Shown here: positions 1 to 19,790 of the stretch, one piece after another | How the letters are laid out: every line of letters begins with the position of its first letter | Numbering within the stretch: position 1 is the stretch's first letter | Assembly: GCA_964035545.1 (NCBI GenBank) | Contig: OZ037765.1 | Coordinates: 13,712,698-13,776,697, forward strand | Direction of reading: 5' to 3' | DNA from: Bugula neritina | Lineage: Eukaryota > Animalia > Bryozoa | Length of the DNA: 64,000 bases | Translations under genes and position numbers: made by a program | Notes under the pieces: model-generated | Told to the model about the DNA's origin: nothing | The model's database searches: none | The model's input: the letters and a program-made list of their open reading frames with translations, nothing else

Positions 1-980
1 ATCCACTTTGCTTCAAAACCACATTGGGTTTTTGGCAGAATAATAGTTTCAACTGAAAAATTTATCAAGTTGAACAGAGTTCTTGCCATGACTTTACCAG
101 GGATTAATAGCAGTGATATACCTTGATAGTTGCCACAGTCACGTCGATCACCTTACTTAAATATAGTTATCATGGCAGCGTCCCTCCAGTCTTTAGGAAT
201 TGTCCTACTTCTCCAAGCTCTACATATGATTCCCCACAATGCCTCTTTCAGAAGTGTGCCGTCTTGCTTTAATATTTCACCAGGAATATCATCCTTGCCG
301 GGTGCTTTGTTGTTAGCCAGTGCTCTAATTGCATTGTCCACTTCTAGGAAGTTAGGTTCTGCCTCCAATTCATGAGCAGTTGGTATGCTTTTGTTTCTGG
401 TGATGACTTCCACTGAAACAGCACCGGTCTCATTGAGAAGATCATTGAAATGTTCTGCCCATCTGTTTAAGATATATTTTTCCTCTGTCAGGATGGTTCC
501 ATCTTTAGCATTGATTTAGATTGTGTGTCTGGTGGTGACGCCCCAAACTTCTTTCAGGCTGTTATAGAAAGCTCTGGTGTTTGTGTCAGCAAGTAGTTGT
601 CTTTGTTCCACTTTGGATTTCCACCAGGCGGTTTTCAGTTCTATGGTTTTTAGTTTGAGTCAATGACAAGCTTCACGGTGTGCAGCTTTATTAGCACGAG
701 TTGCCCTACTAGAGAGTAGCTTATCCCGAGTCTTGTTCCTATCTGCCAAAGCTGCTGAAATTCAAGATCGTTTTCGTCGAACCAGTTTTGATGCTTGCGT
801 TTTGTTTGTTCCAAGTGTAGCCAATGACACACCTGGTAATGTGTTGCGTAGTTTGCACCAGGTGGTCTCAACACTACTGTCTATGATCACTTTTGTCTCC
901 TTAAGCTCTTTGGTTATTGCATTATCAAGTTGGGCACTTGAGACTGTTGAGATTTATCTGCCACCATCTGTGACTTAGAT
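1..980 (-). mobile_element. Decayed non-LTR retrotransposon (RTE-like) fragment: endonuclease-RT linker and start of RT; runs off the window edge
   Basis: Minus-strand translation gives NWFDEND, AIRALANNKAPGKDDIPGE..KDWRDAAMITIFK and, past a stop, GDRRDCGNYQGISLL; many stops and frameshifts. Confidence 0.85.
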
Positions 981-2636
981 TATATAAAAAAAATCCATCA
1001 CATTATCCTTCAACATGACATTCAGATCTTGCAATAAGTAGGCTACTTGAATGCCTAGTCTTGGAGGTACATTTTTGGTGCACTATTTAATCAAATGTTG
1101 AAGTTATACTGCAGCTCTTCATTTTTTGAAAAGCTCGTTTGCAGTGGGTCAAAATAGAAAATTTCTTTTTCAAATCCAAGGTGCTTTGATACCGACTAAA
1201 TCATAGTTTACGTTTATTGCTTTGTTTAGCTGAAGACTAAATTTTCCCTTTGGTTAACAGCTGAAACTACCTATTGCTTGATGTCAAAAGATACATTAAC
1301 ATAATGTACTAACAATTAAATATTATTTAGATGATCTGCCTGATATCGTTGGCTTTCTCATTACTGTGGACTGTGCAAATCATGTCACTCACTGCTGGCT
1401 TTATCAATGGTGAGGAGTTATTTTTGCTGAGCAGCTTGCCAAATGGTGTCTGGGATCAAGTATAGCATATTTCAAGCTATTGTTTTTTCACCAAAAGTAT
1501 TTATCTCTTTACATGTATGCCCAAAATCTTCAGTTTATTTTTATTGTTTACAAGCTTCCTAATTTTCAATTGTACTCGTATATTACTGATCACTTCAGCA
1601 TAGAGCACATTGAAGCTTTGAGATGCCATGACTCTCAATTGTAGTAAAATCAATATCAGGAAATTTATCTTTGTAGCAATATTCTTTGATTTACAAATTG
1701 ACCATAAGTTTGAATAGCACCTTGACTAACATACCCCTATACACTTTTTGCTAAAAACAAATTAAAAACCTACAACACCTATGATGAAATTTTATCAAAA
1801 CAAGAAATCAAAAGTTCAAAACAACCATTTGTGAAGATATATCAAACTGTAATACAACAAAATGCATAGAATATCAATAAAATAGAAAAACTTATACCTT
1901 TGCTAAGTCAACAAGCAGTTCACTAAAATATTTTACCAAAGAGTTGTACCCAGCATCTCATACTATACACACTTTGCCTGGTTTTTTTACTGCCCGAGTA
2001 CTGTTGAGGTAGCAAAAATCCTAGTTTGGTTTAAAATTAGATGTATAAGTCTACCAAACATTACTTTCAAGTTGCTATACTTTTATACATTTCTACTGAG
2101 TCTGAATTGAGCTGGGATTGTGCTGGTAGCTTCCCAACCATCGTGATTTTCATAAGAGATGCTGCCAGGTATTGATAGTGCCCTTCGGTATTTGAAGAGC
2201 TGTCCATCTCAGCGTTCTGTGATGGACATCAGAATGTTGGCATCTGTATTTTTGTGGGAATTTTTCATGAACATTTTGCTTGCACAGTAGGCTTATCATT
2301 GCAGTAAAACTGACTCAATGTTGTTGACAAGTTTAGCTCATTGTACTGCAAGTATAGTATAAAATGCCTAACTGAATTTTTATTGGTTATTGTATTAGTA
2401 CCAGCTACTGGTTAGCCTAACCACGTGTTGGTTGTTCGAAGTGTCAACAGCAGGAGGAAGGATAAAAACTTGTGCTGTGCTGTGACTTGCACATAACCCT
2501 TTAACTGACATATAAATTAAGCCAATAGTTGAGCAAGAATGTAATGTTTTTACAAATTAAGTTCCATACTTGTTCAAAAATTGTTGCATTACACTAAGTT
2601 GAGTCAATTATACTGGTAGATTTTATTTTGTTACAG

Positions 2637-3133
2637 GCAGAGGATTCATAGGAAAAGAAGACTTGCAGTCTGTAACTAAAGTAGTGCTTCCTTCACTGAA
2701 CCAACTTCATGTTGATCATATGTTTAGGTAGTAAATCTAAGTTTGAGTAAAATTTTATATGTAAAAGAAAAGATACTTGGATTTTCCTCTGGTTGCATAT
2801 GTGCATTATGCAGTATTCATCTTTTGCAACTCATTGGAAATGAAATAATGATACATTCTAAAGAGCAAATATTGTCTTGTATATTGCTACATTTTTGCTG
2901 TCTACTTTTCTAGCAAAAGCATAAAGTCTAGGTTAGCTAGCACTAATAAGTATTCTTTACATGCTTGCAAATTGTCTTTTGTTTTTATGTTGTACAGTAA
3001 GTAATGTCATCTTATGCAAATTCTCTGCTAATTGTTGTTTTTTTCTTGTAGACAACTAGATTCTGATGGAGATGGGTGTTTAACTTATAAAGATTTTGAA
3101 AAAGTAATGAAGTTTAAATTAGAGGAAGTTTGA
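2637..3133 (+). CDS. EFCAB11: EF-hand calcium-binding protein, last two coding exons (2637-2727, 3052-3133); 5' exons not identified
   Basis: AG/GT-bounded, phase-compatible exons encode RGFIGKEDLQSVTKVVLPSLNQLHVDHMFR|QLDSDGDGCLTYKDFEKVMKFKLEEV*. This has an EF loop (DSDGDG..YKDF) and resembles the EFCAB11 C-terminus. Confidence 0.7.
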
Positions 3134-5774
3134 TGCCAGATATTTTTACCAGTCCTCAGACATAGCAATATGGCAATCTACGCAATTGAAGTAACCGTAA
3201 CAAAAAAATTTTAATATGCAAAATGTCTCAATTTTAAAGGTTTTTTTTTAAATTGTAGCCTTTGGTAATTAGTTAAACTGTACATTTTGATATGCTTGCA
3301 GTGTAATACTGTGTAAAGTGAATATCGTGTGAATTTTATACATTTTTTCACTTAATAAGTAGCCCCATCATTATGTGTTCTTTTTACTAGATGATCTGCA
3401 GCCATAGTGTAATTTAATATGATACTACTATATTTTACACTCTGGTGTAATAAGCTGCTAGCAGCTTGCATCCACTTGTGTTTATTGATTTTTTAATGAT
3501 AATTATTTTAGCTTCTAGATGTTAATGTGATAGTTGCTTCAGTTTATATCAGTATAAGAGCTAAATAGAGACAGCGTCTTCTACTGTAGAAATATAATTA
3601 CTGATTTCGAGCTCTTTTTTCTTGTGTTTCTAAGAAGACTTGTGGAAGGTAATTTTTTAAATTATTACAGTTTAGAATTTGTTATATGTGTTGCTGCATT
3701 AGAATAAAGTTGTCACAGAAACTGTAAAAAAAGTTCATTACTTTGTTCTATATTGGTGAAATGTGTATAATAAACAGATAGTGAGAAATGCAAAGAATTC
3801 CATCTTCTGCTAACAAGGTGGACAAGATAGAATTAAAGGAGATCCCAACCTGCAATATAGTTTTTGGGCAGGAAGATAGTTTACAAAATTTGAAAATGGT
3901 AACAAAACTGAATTCTGAATCTACATATATATCAGGTATTATGATGTTGTGTTTTGGTTTAATCTTGTTTCTCACAAGTAGCTGCAAGTATCAGTAGATG
4001 GATCCATTGCAGGCTTCATTCTATTTTACTTTGACAAATAGATGCAGCAATTTTCTAAATACATAGTTACTAAAAATAAACAAAGGCGTTACAAAATTTA
4101 ATCCAAATTAAGCTAGAAAGCAGTTTTAAAAAGATGAAATTTAAGAATTAGTACGGTAAGAGGTTGGTTTGCTATATTAGAAACATTGTGTGTTATGAGC
4201 AGCTCCATCACTGATGACACAATTTTGTTTATGGTTAGCAGACTTGGTCAGAAAGTACTTATGAGTTGCTGTATCAAGAAGTATTGATATCAAAATTCAC
4301 CTCAACAATAACCTCCTGAGATTCTGTTCATTAAACAGAAAAATCAATTTCAACTATTGTAAAGGTTTATCACGTCAACACTTGAGTTATCACACAAGTA
4401 TGGCTTTTGCACTAGCAGTTACTGTAAAACATATTATTAGTCTTCTATAAGAAGGTTCATTCAACTTTGGATTATATAAATAATGACAGTTTATATTTAA
4501 ATGGGCAGTGGAAAGTGAACAAGTCCATATTTAAATGTATCTATAAAAAGTATATACTGTATGAAAAGTGAGAGTGGGTAACACCAGCTTTTCTCATTAT
4601 CTAATCTTATGCTATACTCGTCACAACTTGCCAAGTTTGCAATAATTTCACTAAAAACAGTTCTGACAGCGAAGTGTTGCAAATAGGATTTCACATATGC
4701 TGTAGCTGTACTTTCTTATGACCTCCAGCATATATTTGTTCAACAAGTTCAGATTGCGGAGTGAAGCTGTCTCTTAAGATTGTTATTTAACAGCTGATCT
4801 GGTATACATAGTTACAACTTTTTTAAAGCTGTCTCCCTGACCTCAGAAAACAGAATAAGATTTTCACCCACCTAAAGGTCTTTGTTTAGCTGAAAGACTA
4901 AGGTCTGAATAATAAACCCAAATTTGCCATTAAAACTAATTTATTAAATCGTCTATAGGTACTCGTTATTACATGGCTCTTCTTTCATATAATATTCATA
5001 GTGTTGAAAGATGTAATGACTAAATTAAGTGTTTTCAGTGATTAATTGATCTATTGCAGAATTATATAATAGCAAATGCAACTATTCTAGGTGTATTCAG
5101 ATATTTCTAACCCAACCTCAACACTGAATTTTGGCCAATTATATCATGTTGCTCACATGCTGAAAAGACTGCAGGTGTGGCATTGTATGCAGTCATATTA
5201 TATACTTTTTAGAATATTATATTATAAGTGTGAACACCCCTCAACAAAAAATTCAGTCTGTGATTTGGTTTATTGACACAAAGTCAGACGTGCAAATTTA
5301 CTTACATGATAAGCAATTTTTCTGTAGGGCTAAGTGACAAATAGGCCTATTATATTATATATTATAAGGCCAAGGTTTACACTACTCATATTTGAATTGC
5401 TTTGAGAAAGGTGCTGATATTATTGCCACCTTTGATAGATATTTCTCCGTGCATGACAGGGAATAGCATGTCTTATCAAAACTTGTAAAGGTGTAGTAAG
5501 TCAGGTCGAACAGTTTTGCTATCACTATAATTTAAATAAGATACAATATGTTCAATAAAAAACTTAGTATAAAGAGGCACTTATATCTTCATACTTATCA
5601 TTTAGACATTCAATTTTGCTGAGTGGAATTAATTGAAACTCAAAATTTTTATCAAAAGTATAAACACCCATTTTAGAACTTTGCACACACATTTTATAAC
5701 ATTGGTTGTGTGGGCTACTTCGCGTAAAGAGTGAGAATGTATTGTAGTAAACTGTGGGTTTTGAATGCAACTAG

Positions 5775-6050
5775 TGCCTACATGCTCTAGAGAGAATAAG
5801 CCAAGTACTTGAATACGAATGAAAGATAAACTTTATTTGCATCAGATACAGCTTATGTGGTCCTACTACCAGCGAGCTCCAGTAGTAGTCTGAATCTACA
5901 CTGGAAACTCGCCTGCTTTTATACACAAGAATTCACATCTAGAATGTTCCAACAGACAAAAGAAAGTTAAGCTTGACAGTAACAAAAGAAAAATAGACAA
6001 AGGAGAATGAATCATTCAATAGGCCAAGAATTTAGCTATAATAACAACCT
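5775..6050 (-). mobile_element. Possible solo-LTR-like remnant
   Basis: Reverse strand reads TATAAAAG, then AATAAA, then ends ...GGCA, an LTR-like order. The other boundary and a TSD were not found. Confidence 0.2.
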
Positions 6051-6232
6051 ATTGAAGGCATTCATAAAAGTTACACAAATTTCCAGTATCAGTATTAATG
6101 CGAAACGATAAAATAGCAAAAAGGGAAAATAACTCTGGAAATGCGTATTTCATGAAAATTACATTATACTGAAAGCTTTAACAACAATCACGATAATAGG
6201 GCATTAGAAAGCTAGCCCAACTTAGCTACAAT

Positions 6233-7317
6233 AGACCATGTAAAACTCAGCCAATCAGCGAAGTGTACCAGGTCAATGTCTTACCATCGTAACTGATATA
6301 AAATTCTGCAAGTTCAATTGCAAAATGCATGCTTCTAAAAGCTAGTTGTGCAACTTTTTTTTCATGCATTATTTAATTTCATATCTTAAATTGATGACTC
6401 TTGAAATGATTTTTTAAAATGTCTAAATTAAGTGTTTATAAAATGCAATTAAAAATTTCATGTCTAGAAAAATGACCTGGTACACTTTTGCAACTTAAGG
6501 CCAATTATTACATAACTGCCAGCTTAGTAGTTATTTGTTGTTGCAGCTTGAATGGGTTATTGTTTAGCATTGGAAGCTTGCAGTAAACATCTGTGAATTT
6601 GGTACATGACTTTGATTGGCTGGTTTTTAAATTGCCCTTTAGTATATGCATCTGGATGGCTTGACTAGTGTAGACTCCGCCTACATCTAGCTAATGTACA
6701 GTAGCCAATCCACAGTAGTATTACAAAATTTCTGTTTAACAAATGAAATATTCTGGTCATTTGTCTTGTACTTTACAATAGTAAATATTCTATTCAACTA
6801 GAATTTTATTGTATGTGAGCCATGCATGGGAACTACTAAGAGGTTAAATCAACCAACCACCCATGCTAGTAATATTGTAGCTCGCAGTAATAGCAAGTCC
6901 ACACCATATAAATATACACATAAGCTATTATGTGCAGCTTATGAATGCTGAAATGACCCCATTTCTTACCTTCAATTTGAAAAAAAATTGTATTACATAT
7001 TCTGCCACCTCTGCACCAGGAACTTGTTTTCCTTTTAAATTTTGAAAATAGTGGTCAGTTTCTGCAGCAGTCAACATCCACAATAAACAACGTAAGCTTT
7101 CAAATAAACTATAAATATATGAAATATTAGTGTGGAAACAATGTAATTTATTCATTGCTATGATGAAAAAATTACAAGAATATTATATAAAAGCTAAATA
7201 TAGATTTCTAGTAAAATGGCACAGGTAAAAATAACACATTTTTACTTCAAATTCTAAATTTCATCAGTCACCAATGGTGGCTGTAGATTACAGAGAGCAC
7301 AGCAGACTATCATAATC
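6233..7317. repeat. Left inverted arm (1,085 bp), reverse complement of 9333-10417
   Basis: Mirror coordinates sum to 16650; identical 75-aa ORFs at 6928-7155(-) and 9495-9722(+); mismatches spotted at 6563, 6790 and 7243. Confidence 0.95.
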
Positions 7318-7325
7318 ATAATCAT

Positions 7326-9396
7326 AAGGATGGTCAGCCCACTGAGCAAAATCCAACTCCAACCCTTCATTTGGGTTACCAATGCACTAAAGCATATAAT
7401 GTAAGACGCACAAAAAAACAGTGGTTTTAATGAAACATGTGAAAGAAGCGAACAGAAAACGTCTTCAACAGAGTCAGCTGATATAGAGCAACAGAACTCA
7501 TCTGACAGCCATCCTCATAGTCAGACTTCATCAGAAGTAACTGAGTTACCAGAATCATCAACTACTCAGAAAAAAAGATCTGCACATTCTATTGATAGAT
7601 GAAAATCAAAAGTTGGAAGAAAAGGCTCAAAAAGTTCTACGTTTAAACAAAAAGCAACTATTGAAAAAGTAAAAGTTTTTAAAACTTTCACCACTACAGA
7701 TGAGCGAACTAAATTCTATACTGGAATTCCTACACGTTCTCTATCCTATTTTTTGGCAAGGTAAAAATTATGATTTTCTTATTGCAAAGATAGACTATGG
7801 TTTATTACAAATAAACAATGCAAGTCTCACTATGCTAAAATTTGTACATTGATTAAATTTGATGTGTAGTAAAACTGTCATTTTACTTAAATCTGTTGCA
7901 GTATGAGTGTATCATTCATACATTTTTTATTAAAGATGTTGTTTTATGTAAGATATTCATAAATACCACAGTGGTCATCTGCATGCTTTGATTTATTTAG
8001 TTTAGGGTTTTATTTAAACAAGCAGCAGTCTTTTATTTGTGGACAAATTGACTCACTTTCTCCAGGAAAAGTAAATTGTCTTGACTTAAATTTTCCTTGG
8101 CTATTTTAAAGCTTATCAAAAGTGGCCTCCTAATCTAATTTTTAGCTGAAACTAACTCAGTGTTTAAAACTAAAATGGTTTACACTTGTTACTAGTTTCA
8201 CTTATTCACAAACATTATTAAATGCTATTCTAGAAATAATATGGGTTTGAATTAGTTATAGTATAATTATAAAATGAAGTAATAATTGTTTGTCCACAGT
8301 ATTTGTTTAAACTCATGACTTCATTCAAAGGATGTATTCATACAACTAGCTTATTATGTACTGTTACAGTATTATGTAACACATGTTGACACACATTACA
8401 TTCTGTTTGGATGGTGATATATTGGGTCAAGCCTTCAACTAGCAGTTCTTGAACTTCATAGTTCTTGCAAAAGATAACTGAAGCTACTTACCAAAGGGTA
8501 AAAACTGCTGAATGAATACAAACTAAGCACAAAATTTATTTAGCACATACATTATAATTTGAATCATAATTCAATTTTCATTCTTTGTTTACTATATCTA
8601 GATTTATATGTCCGAAGATGAAAGTTCTCACTTTCAGAAAAAAAGTTAACAGGACAAGATAAACTTTTATTGGCTTTGATGAAGCTGCGTCAAGATTTAC
8701 AGTTTCAAATGCTTGCTGGCCTTTTTTTATATCTCTAAATTGCTAGCAAGCAAAACCTTCAAAGACACATTAGATATTTTAGCAGATGAACTAAACAATC
8801 TAATAGTTTTTCCAACAAGAGAGAAGCTGAACATTTCTCTGAGCTTTCAAAGCCAATATGCTAACATTAGGTGCATTATAGACTGCACAGAAATATTCAT
8901 TTGTAAGCCTCAGTCAAAGCTGGCTCAATCTTTAACATGGAGTGAGTATAAAAAGACCAACACCATCAATTATTTGGTTGCAATTACACCCAAGGGCACT
9001 ATTTGCTTTATTTCGCATGGAATGGGAGGTAGAGCCTAAGACAAGTGTGTAGTGAATGACTCTGGGTTCTTAGACTTCATAAACCCAGATGATGTGGTCA
9101 TGGCAGATAGAGGCTTTCTTATTGAAAAAGAACTTATAGGCGCTGGAGCCAAGTTGGCCATACCACCTGGGAAAAGAGGCCATTTGCAAATGACTAAAAT
9201 GCAGTTACTGCAAACAAAGTTGATTGCTAACCTTCGAATCCATGTCAAAAGAGCAATCAAAAGAATAAAGGAGTTCAATATTTTAAATGGTCCTGGAGGT
9301 GTGAACTTGGTGTTGGCACCTCTATTAGACAAGATTATGATAGTCTGCTGTGCTCTCTGTAATCTACAGCCACCATTGGTGACTGATGAAATTTAG
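7326..9396 (+). pseudogene. Inactivated THAP-HTH-DDE transposase (HARBI1/ISL2EU-like)
   Basis: THAP-like tail KDGQPTEQNPTPTLHLGY (7326-7379), FYTG motif (~7714), HTH LLLALMKLRQDLQF (~8665-8706), IIDCTE, MADRGF. In-frame TAA at 9037-9039 (GGRA*DK); HVKRAI replaces the usual HVERAI at 9247-9249; frameshifts present. Confidence 0.85.
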
Positions 9397-10417
9397 AATT
9401 TGAAGTGAAAATGTGTTATTTTTACCTGTGCCATTTTACTAGAAATCTATATTTAGCTTTTATATAATATTCTTGTAATTTTTTCATCATAGCAATGAAT
9501 AAATTACATTGTTTCCACACTAATATTTCATATATTTATAGTTTATTTGAAAGCTTACGTTGTTTATTGTGGATGTTGACTGCTGCAGAAACTGACCACT
9601 ATTTTCAAAATTTAAAAGGAAAACAAGTTCCTGGTGCAGAGGTGGCAGAATATGTAATACAATTTTTTTTCAAATTGAAGGTAAGAAATGGGGTCATTTC
9701 AGCATTCATAAGCTGCACATAATAGCTTATGTGTATATTTATATGGTGTGGACTTGCTATTACTGCGAGCTACAATATTACTAGCATGGGTGGTTGGTTG
9801 ATTTAACCTCTTAGTAGTTCCCATGCATGGCTCACATACAATAAAATTCTAGTTGAATAAAATATTTACTATTGTAAAGTACAAGACAAATGACCAGAAT
9901 ATTTCATTTGTTAAACAGAAATTTTGTAATACTACTGTGGATTGGCTACTGTACATTAGCTAGATGTAGGCGGAGTCTACACTAGTCAAGCCATCCAGAT
10001 GCATATACTAAAGGGCAATTTAAAAACCAGCCAATCAAAGTCATGTACCAAATTCACAGATGTTTACTGCAAGCTTCCAATGCTAAGCAATAACCCATTC
10101 AAGCTGCAACAACAAATAACTACTAAGCTGGCAGTTATGTAATAATTGGCCTTAAGTTGCAAAAGTGTACCAGGTCATTTTTCTAGACATGAAATTTTTA
10201 ATTGCATTTTATAAACACTTAATTTAGACATTTTAAAAAATCATTTCAAGAGTCATCAATTTAAGATATGAAATTAAATAATGCATGAAAAAAAAGTTGC
10301 ACAACTAGCTTTTAGAAGCATGCATTTTGCAATTGAACTTGCAGAATTTTATATCAGTTACGATGGTAAGACATTGACCTGGTACACTTCGCTGATTGGC
10401 TGAGTTTTACATGGTCT
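9333..10417. repeat. Right inverted arm (1,085 bp), overlapping the last ~21 codons of the transposase
   Basis: Reverse complement of 6233-7317. Confidence 0.95.
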
Positions 10418-10984
10418 ATTACAGCATTCAAAATATACGCAACAGTAATTATAATACTGACACACGCAGTTACTTGAGAACAGTAGAGGATGAGAATCTA
10501 TCGCAGTATTGTCCAGTTTTTACTTTAAATGTCATGTAGTGCTTGGGTTGTGTAAAATAGCTGCATGGGTGCCTTCTTTTCTAGCCAGTTAAATGTCTAT
10601 AGCTTTTTGCAATAACATATGAGTTATTTTATTGAATGATGACATTGCTGAGAGTTATATATATCTGTAAGAATGAACAGTTATTGAACCTTTTCTATGC
10701 CACACTTACCTTCTACCCTTTCACCTAATAAGTCCGAAAATCTTTGATTTTTTATAAAATGTCTTCATATGTTAAATTATGCTTAAAAAATTCTAGCATA
10801 AATGAGTCTTTATATTTTAAAAAATATAGCCGTATCAACATAAAAATATACAATTGTCATATATAACAGCGAAGTCTCTCCAGTATTTTCACACTGCCAA
10901 ACTAATTACTGTGATATAAAGTTTCAGCAACATAGGAACTTTGACAAATTATAATATTTTATTTTCTAGCCTTTAGCTAATAAT

Positions 10985-18634
<7,650 letters not shown>

Positions 18635-19790
18635 AAGCTGTTTCTGATTGATCTGAGGACTATCTGAACACTAAACTGGAACTGCATAAGAAAATCATTT
18701 TGGTTTAGATATATCTTAACAAATGTTTATTTTAAATTTGTGAAATGCAAGTTGAAAACTTTTTTATATGCATTAATTTGTAAATGAGTAAACCATCAGC
18801 ATTTCAAACTGATAACAATTTAGTGATCAGGGAAACTTGGTTAGTTATCCAAACGGAAAGGATTAGGAGGTGTTATTGCAAGTCTATTCGAATAGCAGCA
18901 ATATTAACATACTTGTAGACCTTAAGTCTTGCAAGCATAATATTTGTAAAGAACTGCATTCAGCCACCTTTCGTCAAGATGTATTTTGAGTTATCCTCAA
19001 CAACATTTTTGGCAGCTATACATGTATAACATTATCTATAGCATGTTGTACTTTGTTGTGTTATATTATTTAATTTGTTCAAATTTCTGTATTAAGAATT
19101 ATAAACAAAGTTACAATAAACAATACTTAACTTTATGCCAAAGCAGGTCCTATTTTAAAAATTATATACAACCATTTATTACCAGTTAAATGCATAAATA
19201 TTGTATGTTTATGCAAGTGACATTCATCATGAAAAGCTATAGAAAATAATATTTTGTGCCTTCAGATGAATGTAATCTTAGAGTGAGTATGCATCAGCGG
19301 CACAGTTTGAGTTTATCAAATTTTATTTTTTATATGGCATCTCAAAAGTTAGCAATAAATGGAAGTATTACCAACAAAATTACGTCTCCCTCTCTTTTTA
19401 AAGGTGATAAATTATTATAAAACTTTCAGCTATTTCAAGCTAAAAATACATTTCAGTAGTAAGAAACAGATTTCTGCATATTCAATGAAAGCAAATCCTA
19501 TTTCCATAACTACCTAGCATGGGTGCTTTTTAATTAAAAAAAAGTTTCATCAATTTTCAACAAAATTTTATGGCAAAACTATTTTCTTTAAAAAGCACAT
19601 CATAATGTAGATAGAAGTGGATAGTAATTGACTAATTGTTATTTACTTTAGGTTACTTATCCATATTTTAGCAAAAACATGCAGCCGAATTGATTTTTGC
19701 AAATAATATTTGCATTAAATCACTTATAATGTTTGTACATATTGGTTAAATTCAAACAAAATTCTCAGCAAAAAAACAGGGCTCTTTTAA

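Larger units (their letters stand above)
6233..10417 (+). mobile_element. ISL2EU/Harbinger-class (PHIS) DNA transposon, non-autonomous, with about 1.1-kb inverted arms
   Basis: Ends AGACC...GGTCT flanked by AT on both sides (6231-6232, 10418-10419); internal DDE_Tnp_4-type transposase remnants. Confidence 0.85.

Noticed and set aside
2090-2250. Minus-strand exon-like segment
   Set aside because: Stops in all three frames between the apparent splice sites; no homology recognised.
6928-9722. Duplicated 75-aa ORF (6928-7155 minus, 9495-9722 plus) as a cargo gene
   Set aside because: It is a by-product of the inverted arms, with no recognisable motif.
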